Positions 57,916 to 64,000 of a stretch of 64,000 nt of DNA are shown here, in pieces (the first letter of the stretch is position 1; each line of letters opens with the position of its first letter). The stretch is from a virus. The DNA is taken from positions 1 to 64,000 of the IMG/VR virus record IMGVR_UViG_3300028844_003294. The stretch is one strand, 5' to 3'. The position numbers were made by a program, and so were the translations under genes. Under the pieces are notes generated by a model. That model did not search any database and was not told where the DNA came from. It saw nothing but the letters and a program-made list of their open reading frames with translations.

Positions 57916-58157
57916 CCCATCCAATCACCGCTTTTATCACCACTCTTGGCTTTGTTATATTTGTTAAGGGTGGTTATAAGAGTATCTCGTTCAACAGGAC
58001 TGAGGTGCCATGCTTCTGAATAAGACACGGCGCCTTCACTGTATATAGCCAGCTCTGCTACTGTTTTGATAATCTTCTTCTGTTCTGCGTCGAGTTGACC
58101 TAAGTAGCCTGTAATTGCCTCAGGCTCTGCTGTGCCTAGGAACCCGTGAAAAAATTT
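57912..58157 (-). CDS. Start-less ORF, probable -1 frameshift extension of the gp26-like chaperone
   Basis: Not in the track. KFFHGFLGTAEPEAITGYLGQLDAEQKKIIKTVAELAIYSEGAVSYSEAWHLSPVERDTLITTLNKYNKAKSGDKSGDWMG*, in the -1 frame of 58136..59002. Confidence 0.65.
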   Translation of the reverse strand, partial: KFFHGFLGTAEPEAITGYLGQLDAEQKKIIKTVAELAIYSEGAVSYSEAWHLSPVERDTLITTLNKYNKAKSGDKSGDWMG

Positions 58158-59002
58158 ACAGGATCAAAGTTGATGGGTGCCATAAACTCTTCTCCACATT
58201 CTTCGTTGCTACATGTAACGGCAATATCTTGTTTAACACCTTTGGTGTTTATGCCATTTACTAGTTCTTCGATTTCTTTACCAGTACGATTATCTGTGTT
58301 TTCTAAAAACTCTCTGATAGTTGCTTTGTCTTTAACACTAACATTTTCACCATCTTCGTTTGCATACGTTATTGATGATATGCTTTCAATTAAAAGTTCA
58401 AAATTAAGATCTGCAAGTGTTACAAAACTTTCGTTAAATGCTTTTAATCTTTCCATATCGTCTTTCATTTCTGAAATACTTTGCATACTTCTTGTACTTT
58501 GGAAACTGGCAACACCAGCCTTAATAGTACTACTATAGTCAAACGGTAATGCTTTTATTTGCAATCCATTTGATAATGTAATAGAATATTCTTCGTTGAG
58601 TTCTTCCATTGTGAGTAAAGATTGTTCAACACTAACTGTAAGATCAGTTGTGGTCTCACATTTAGGGCATTTAGCCGCAACATCTACGTCATCTCCGGAA
58701 CTTGCTCCTCTGATAGCAATTAGTAATGCGTCTACGTCAGCACTATAAAGTTTTTTAGGTTTCTTTATTTGCGGTACGCAACTTTTTATTAAACTAGATA
58801 CTGCTTCACCATTTAAAAGTGCATCAGGGTTTTTCAGCAATAATTCATCCTTTGTTGTCATAGGGTAAATTGCCAATTCCTCGTTTACAGCATCTGCATC
58901 GATTATTCCTTCATCATAAAACTGACCACCACTTGGTAATTTTGTGTATAATTTAGGTGCCCTAAAATAGGCACTTAAAGGATTCTGTGTATTTTTGCTC
59001 AT
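58136..59002 (-). CDS. Baseplate hub/tail assembly chaperone (T4 gp26-like)
   Basis: LPSGG.FY, PMTTKDE.LL, D.DALLIAIR.AS.G, CPKC, second Cys pair, terminal NFF. Confidence 0.8.
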   Translation of the reverse strand: MSKNTQNPLSAYFRAPKLYTKLPSGGQFYDEGIIDADAVNEELAIYPMTTKDELLLKNPDALLNGEAVSSLIKSCVPQIKKPKKLYSADVDALLIAIRGASSGDDVDVAAKCPKCETTTDLTVSVEQSLLTMEELNEEYSITLSNGLQIKALPFDYSSTIKAGVASFQSTRSMQSISEMKDDMERLKAFNESFVTLADLNFELLIESISSITYANEDGENVSVKDKATIREFLENTDNRTGKEIEELVNGINTKGVKQDIAVTCSNEECGEEFMAPINFDPVNFFTGS

Positions 59003-59025
59003 TAAAACTCCTGTTTATATTTTAT

Positions 59026-59082
59026 GATAAATACAATTAAATTAGTTATATCATTTATGATTTAACAGTTTACTTATTTATC
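59026..59082. promoter_or_regulatory. Two opposed GATAAATA boxes serving the divergent chaperone and tape-measure genes
   Basis: Plus-strand box at 59026-59033; minus-strand box at 59075-59082. Confidence 0.6.
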
Positions 59083-59120
59083 TGAGTTAAAACTAGTTAT
59101 AAAGGATTTTTCGAACTGAA

Positions 59121-62100
59121 ATGATTGAATTTCAAATAGACGGACAAAATTATCGCTTTCCAGATTGGGTAACAGAGACCACTGGCTTGCAAATGAGAGA
59201 TTTGCTTAAAGAATTAGCAAAGAGAGCCGGCGCCTCCGATTCACACTTAACTAGATTGATAAAAGCACATGAAGAAGCAGTTGAAGAATTAAAAGATCAA
59301 AGTAAAGACGGTAAGAAAACTGATGATGACCAAAAGAAACGTGACGAAAAATTAGTAAGAAAAATTGACGACATGGTTGACGGACTCGACGATGTTAGAG
59401 CCGCAACAGAAAAAATAGAACTAGAAGTACCTAAATCTTTCAGAGATAAATTAGCAGACAGTTTAGAAGCAGACGGAGAAGTAATTCTCGGCTCTCTTGG
59501 CGGCGTAGCAGAAAAACTTGTTAAAGTAGGCGGAGTAATGGGCGGTGCCTTATTGGGTGGCGCAGGTTATGTCGGTAGCAAACTAATGGAAGCCGGTGAT
59601 ACTGTAAACGGTTTAGTTAAAAACGGTATAGGTTTTAATCAAACGTTTGCCAGTGTAGGTGGAACAGCCACAACTGCTACAGCACAACTGGGTGCATTAG
59701 GCTTAGGTTTTTCCGAAGCCGCTGAGTTGATGAAAAGAAATTCTAATGTAATTGCTACTCAAGGATTTAAACGTTTCGATGCAACAATGAAATTTGCCGC
59801 TGATACTTCAGAAGAACTAGGTATGAGTTTTTCAGACAGCATAGAAACATTTGCTGAAGCATTATCAACACGTCAACGTTTCTTAGATCTAGGTGGGGTA
59901 AATCAAACTAGATTAAACTCTCAAATTGCAAAAACAACCAAAATACAAACGGTATATGCTACAGCACTTGGTGAAAGTGTAGATAAGATACAGCAGTTTG
60001 TTGATGATTTATTATATAATAACGGCACACTAACAGCATCTATACTGAGATTTAGTAACACAGTAAGAAGTGATTTAGTTGCTGGCCTAGAAGTATTTGC
60101 TGGTGGCCTTAGAGCAATGGGCGGTAAGTCCGGTGAAAATATTGCAGATGCATTCGTCGAAGCAGGTGCCAAGGGTGCTATAGGTTTAAGTGATGCGGCT
60201 ATAGGACTAGTAACAGCATTACCTAATCTTGCTGGTCCAATGAACGAATTTATTAGTGGTGTCCAAAATGGTACATTAAGCCAAGATCAAGCCAACGATA
60301 TGGTACAAGGCCTGACAAGTAATTTAGGTAATTTAAGTAGTACAGAAAAAGAAAGAATTAGATTACTTGCTAGGGCAGGTGATGAGTCTGCACAAATGTT
60401 ATCACAATCGATTGCACAGTTTGAACAATCTGAAAAGAAATTAGAAGAAATAAACAAACAATTAGGTGTTCCATTAAACATGGACCTTGTGCAAAAGGGC
60501 AGAAACGAATTTGCAAAAGTTTTAGCACAGGCAGGTGGAATGGTAGAAAGCACATTCTTTACTTTGTTTGCTGAGCCGGAAGTAACAAAAGCACTAATGG
60601 ATGGCGTTAAAGAAATAATGGGTGTGTTTGGAATTGCCACAGATGATATGTCTGGGTTAAGAGACAATGCAAAAGCATTTGCAGAGAACTTAGCCAAAAA
60701 AGCAATACCAATTATAAAATCAGTTGCCGCAAGTTTAAAAGAATTTGCAGAATATTTAAGAGATACATTTCAAGAAGGTGGTATCAGCGGTGTAATTGGC
60801 GACTTAATGAGTAAAGCCGCAGGTGCAGTAGTTAAAGCATTATTCAAAGGTTTACTAATCTTTGGTACTATGTTGTTTGCGGCAAGTGCCGCCAAAGTTG
60901 CATTTATGACATACGTTATGCCATCAGTAAAAGACTTTGCAGTTAAAATGTTCCAAGGGTCTGCCGGTGCAGGCAAGTTTCTTTTTGATAAAGCAAAAGG
61001 CTGGATGGGCGGTTTGTTTGATCCAAAAAGTTCAGGCAGGTTGGCCAAATTTGCACAAAGCTCAGCAGGCTTTATCAAAGAAAAAGCATCTGGTTTTGCA
61101 GGCAGTGACACTGGAAAAAACATAGCAGGTAAATTAAGTAAGTTCCAAAAAGACGGTGCTAAGATGACAGAAAATTTAAGTAAATCTGTTACAGGCGGCG
61201 GCAAGAGTGGCGGCTTCTTAAAGAGTATAGCAGATGGTGTATCTAAATTTGGTGGCACTAAAGTAATTAAAGGTGCGGCAAGTTTAGCATTGTTAGGTGC
61301 GGCAATAACACTAGCGGCAATAGGATTAAAAACATTTAATGAAGTAGATTTTACTTCTATTATAAAAGGCACAATAGCAGTAGGTGGCTTAGCCATGTTG
61401 GCACAAACACTAGGCAAAGGCTCAACTGCAATGATAAAAGGTGCGGCGGCAGTTGCAATTTTAGGTGCATCAGTTATTCCATTAGCAGTTGGTCTTAACA
61501 TAATGAAAGATGTTGGCATTGGCACTATTGGTGTATTAGCGGCAGGCTTAATCACATTAGGTGTAGCGGCCGCGGCAATGGGTAGTTTCTTACCACTTAT
61601 ACTAATGGGTGCAGTAGCCATAGGTGCTTTGGGTGTAGCAATTATACCATTTGCATTAGCGGCAAACTTGTTAGGTGGTGCAATGGAATCTATTTCCGCA
61701 GGTTTACAAACAATCGCCGACTTACCAATTTTAGAAGTAGCAGGTTCGTTATTAGTACTGGGTGCAACATTTACTATGATGTTACCATTTATTCCTGGCT
61801 TATTGCTTACTGGCGTAGCATTAGGACTTATGGGTATTGCTTTAGTACCATTTGCCATAGGTGCGGCATTGGCCGCAAAAGCATCTCAAGGATTACCAGA
61901 ATTGTTTGAAGCATTATCTCAAGTAAATTGGTTAAATCTTTTAATGGCCGCTCCAGCATTATTAAGTTTAGCGGCAGGTATGATGGCATTAAGTGCCGGT
62001 GGTTTAGTAAGTGGGTTACTAGATGGTTTAGGTAAACTGTTTGGCAGTGAATCACCATTTGACAAATTAGCAACACTTTCTCAAAATGCAAAACACATTG

Positions 62101-62777
62101 TTGAAATGTCCAAAGAAATGCGTAATATGAGTTCTACAATGGGACAATTTGAAAGTGCATTAGAGGCCATAGATGCAAATAAAATAAACGACAAGTTTGT
62201 GGTTATTGCAGATGGTATCTATGTAATGGTTAAAGCATTAGAATCATTAGGCATGGGTTCAATGGCAAAACTTGTATTGTTAAAATCAATGGGAGTAATG
62301 CCACAAGCACAAGCACCAGCAAAACAGAAAAGTCCAGCACCGATTGGATTTGGTATGAATAACGAAGAAGATCCATTTGCTGATATGCAAGGTGCAAAAC
62401 AAATTAGGAAAGAAGGTGGCGTAGTTACAATGCGTGACGGCAAGCCAGTTGAACTTTCTCCAGAGCAACAACAAAGAGTACAAGCCGCAAGAAATATTAA
62501 ACAAATAATGTCTGGTTCTGCAAAGATGCCAGACAGACAAAGCCAATCAGTTGATCCTAAAGCAGTTCCTGTAACAGGACAACGTGAACTTATTGGACCA
62601 GAAATACCAAGTGCAACAGGACCAACACAAACTAATGCTGATATGGTAGGTCCTAAAAAACCAGACGCACCACAAGATATGTCACAACATTACTTAGAAC
62701 AAATGGTTGCGTTACAACACGAACAAATTAAACTTCTCAAGAAACAAGTTAAAGCAACTGGTGAAATAGACATCTAA
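59121..62777 (+). CDS. Tape-measure-like protein
   Basis: 1218 aa, Ala/Gly-rich and helical, with repeated hydrophobic units (e.g. IKGAASLALLGAAI / IKGAAAVAILGASV); next to the chaperone and the portal. Confidence 0.7.
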   Translation: MIEFQIDGQNYRFPDWVTETTGLQMRDLLKELAKRAGASDSHLTRLIKAHEEAVEELKDQSKDGKKTDDDQKKRDEKLVRKIDDMVDGLDDVRAATEKIELEVPKSFRDKLADSLEADGEVILGSLGGVAEKLVKVGGVMGGALLGGAGYVGSKLMEAGDTVNGLVKNGIGFNQTFASVGGTATTATAQLGALGLGFSEAAELMKRNSNVIATQGFKRFDATMKFAADTSEELGMSFSDSIETFAEALSTRQRFLDLGGVNQTRLNSQIAKTTKIQTVYATALGESVDKIQQFVDDLLYNNGTLTASILRFSNTVRSDLVAGLEVFAGGLRAMGGKSGENIADAFVEAGAKGAIGLSDAAIGLVTALPNLAGPMNEFISGVQNGTLSQDQANDMVQGLTSNLGNLSSTEKERIRLLARAGDESAQMLSQSIAQFEQSEKKLEEINKQLGVPLNMDLVQKGRNEFAKVLAQAGGMVESTFFTLFAEPEVTKALMDGVKEIMGVFGIATDDMSGLRDNAKAFAENLAKKAIPIIKSVAASLKEFAEYLRDTFQEGGISGVIGDLMSKAAGAVVKALFKGLLIFGTMLFAASAAKVAFMTYVMPSVKDFAVKMFQGSAGAGKFLFDKAKGWMGGLFDPKSSGRLAKFAQSSAGFIKEKASGFAGSDTGKNIAGKLSKFQKDGAKMTENLSKSVTGGGKSGGFLKSIADGVSKFGGTKVIKGAASLALLGAAITLAAIGLKTFNEVDFTSIIKGTIAVGGLAMLAQTLGKGSTAMIKGAAAVAILGASVIPLAVGLNIMKDVGIGTIGVLAAGLITLGVAAAAMGSFLPLILMGAVAIGALGVAIIPFALAANLLGGAMESISAGLQTIADLPILEVAGSLLVLGATFTMMLPFIPGLLLTGVALGLMGIALVPFAIGAALAAKASQGLPELFEALSQVNWLNLLMAAPALLSLAAGMMALSAGGLVSGLLDGLGKLFGSESPFDKLATLSQNAKHIVEMSKEMRNMSSTMGQFESALEAIDANKINDKFVVIADGIYVMVKALESLGMGSMAKLVLLKSMGVMPQAQAPAKQKSPAPIGFGMNNEEDPFADMQGAKQIRKEGGVVTMRDGKPVELSPEQQQRVQAARNIKQIMSGSAKMPDRQSQSVDPKAVPVTGQRELIGPEIPSATGPTQTNADMVGPKKPDAPQDMSQHYLEQMVALQHEQIKLLKKQVKATGEIDI

Positions 62778-62807
62778 TCAAAAAAAATTCCATATTTTCC
62801 AAAAAGT

Positions 62808-62815
62808 GATAAATA
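62808..62815 (+). promoter_or_regulatory. Putative late promoter box GATAAATA
   Basis: Upstream of the AAGGA RBS and ATG of the portal gene. Confidence 0.65.
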
Positions 62816-62836
62816 TATGCAAGACAAAGGAAACTT

Positions 62837-64000
62837 ATGGCAACTTGGCGAAAATATTTTAACAGTTCAAACAGCGGACTACCTAGCAATGTATCAGACT
62901 CTAGTTCTAGTACAGGACAATTTGGTGCCGCACGTTTTAGCAGTTGGTTACCCGAAGTATATGCAGGAAGTCCTAATAGACTTATGCGTTATATTCAGTA
63001 CGATCAAATGGACAATGATCTAGAGATCAATGCGGCATTAGATATACTAGCAGAATTTTCTACACAAGACGATGAATATACTGAACAACCTTTTGTGCTA
63101 AAATTCAAAGAAGATCCTAGTGAAACTGAGATGAGTATTCTTAGTAAAACATTAGAGCAATGGCATAAACTTAATGACTTTAGACGTAGATCATTTAAAA
63201 TGTTCCGTAGTACTATTAAGTATGGTGATCAATTCTTTATCAGAGACCCAGAAACATATAAACTATTTTGGGTAGATCCTGCTAACGTAGAGAAAGTAGT
63301 TGTAAATGAGAGTGAAGGTAAGAAAATTGAAACTTACTTTATTAAAAACTTAGATGCAAACTTTGAACAGTTAGCCGCAACTAATACTGCACCAATACAT
63401 GCAAGACCATATGGTAGTGGACAAGGTTTAACAGGCATGTACGCACCAGTTGGACCTAGTGTTACTAATTATGGAACACAAACAGGTGATGCAGGAGCCA
63501 CATACGGTACACCAGTAGATGCACAACATGTGGTACATGTTAGTTTAACAGAAGGTATGGATCACAACTGGCCTTTTGGTATCAGCATACTAGAACCAGT
63601 ATTTAAAGTTTTCAAACAAAAAGAATTATTAGAAGACTCTATACTAATATATAGGGTCCACAGAGCACCTGAAAGACGTGTGTTCTTTATTGATGTAGGT
63701 AATATGCCACCACACAAAGCACAACAGTACTTAGAACGTGTTAAGTATGAAGTGCAACAAAAACGTGTACCTAACAAAAACAAAGATGGTGGTAACGTAG
63801 CCGATGCGGCATACAATCCAATGAGCATGTTGGAAGATTACTTCTTTGCTCAAACGGCAGATGGTAGAGGTTCAAAAGTTGACACACTACCAGGTGGTGA
63901 TAACTTAGGTCAAATAGATGACTTAAGATACTTTAACAACAAACTGCTTAGAGGTTTAAGAGTACCAAGTTCATACTTACCAACTGGACCAGACGATGGA
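62837..64000 (+). CDS. Portal protein (T4 gp20-like), truncated by the window end
   Basis: Not in the track. MATWRKYF...LLEDSILIYRVHRAPERRVFFIDVGNMP...MLEDYFF...LPGG.NLG.IDDL.YF, the gp20 signature motifs. Confidence 0.93.
   Translation, partial: MATWRKYFNSSNSGLPSNVSDSSSSTGQFGAARFSSWLPEVYAGSPNRLMRYIQYDQMDNDLEINAALDILAEFSTQDDEYTEQPFVLKFKEDPSETEMSILSKTLEQWHKLNDFRRRSFKMFRSTIKYGDQFFIRDPETYKLFWVDPANVEKVVVNESEGKKIETYFIKNLDANFEQLAATNTAPIHARPYGSGQGLTGMYAPVGPSVTNYGTQTGDAGATYGTPVDAQHVVHVSLTEGMDHNWPFGISILEPVFKVFKQKELLEDSILIYRVHRAPERRVFFIDVGNMPPHKAQQYLERVKYEVQQKRVPNKNKDGGNVADAAYNPMSMLEDYFFAQTADGRGSKVDTLPGGDNLGQIDDLRYFNNKLLRGLRVPSSYLPTGPDDG

Noticed and set aside
60770-61858. 362-aa antisense ORF and other shadow ORFs opposite the tape measure, fibre and giant genes
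   Set aside because: Explained by the codon bias of Ala/Gly/Thr-rich sense genes; no motifs recognised.
62817-63023. 68-aa ORF from the track (also 27..218 and 63562..63828)
   Set aside because: These overlap the real portal and sugar-dehydrogenase frames, which the track missed because they run off the window ends.
1-64000. Stop-codon reassignment, tRNA genes, integrase or transposase
   Set aside because: Genes are intact and tightly packed in the standard code, with TAA, TAG and TGA all ending genes. No tRNA cloverleaf or mobile-element gene was recognised by eye.

Overview
AT-rich segment of a large T4-like (myovirus-type) dsDNA phage genome, read in the standard genetic code. The host is probably Gram-negative. 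From left to right: (1) 1-17.7 kb, minus strand: a modification cluster with a nucleotide-sugar dehydrogenase, about 6 glycosyltransferase-like genes, 3 radical SAM paralogues with N-terminal Cys clusters, MetK, SDR, SCP2, SGNH and Smr genes. (2) 17.8-49.5 kb, minus strand: virion and baseplate genes (tail fibre, a 5544-aa giant protein, gp6, gp25, gp5-like, hub, gp53, tube initiator), interrupted by a small plus-strand early islet. (3) 49.6-53.7 kb, plus strand: gp55-like late sigma factor, gp47, gp46 and a short GIY-YIG gene, followed by a ~480-nt GC-rich, highly structured non-coding element. (4) Two oxygenase-like genes, a SWIM protein and an FG-GAP lipoprotein with a probable outer-membrane barrel. 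(5) A gp26-like chaperone with a candidate -1 frameshift, a tape-measure-like gene and the start of the gp20 portal. The strongest leads are the structured RNA-like element behind the GIY-YIG gene, the late-promoter-linked radical SAM/glycosyltransferase cluster, the -1 frameshift, and GATAAATA late promoters that appear to make leaderless mRNAs. All calls come from reading motifs by eye; no searches or folding programs were run.
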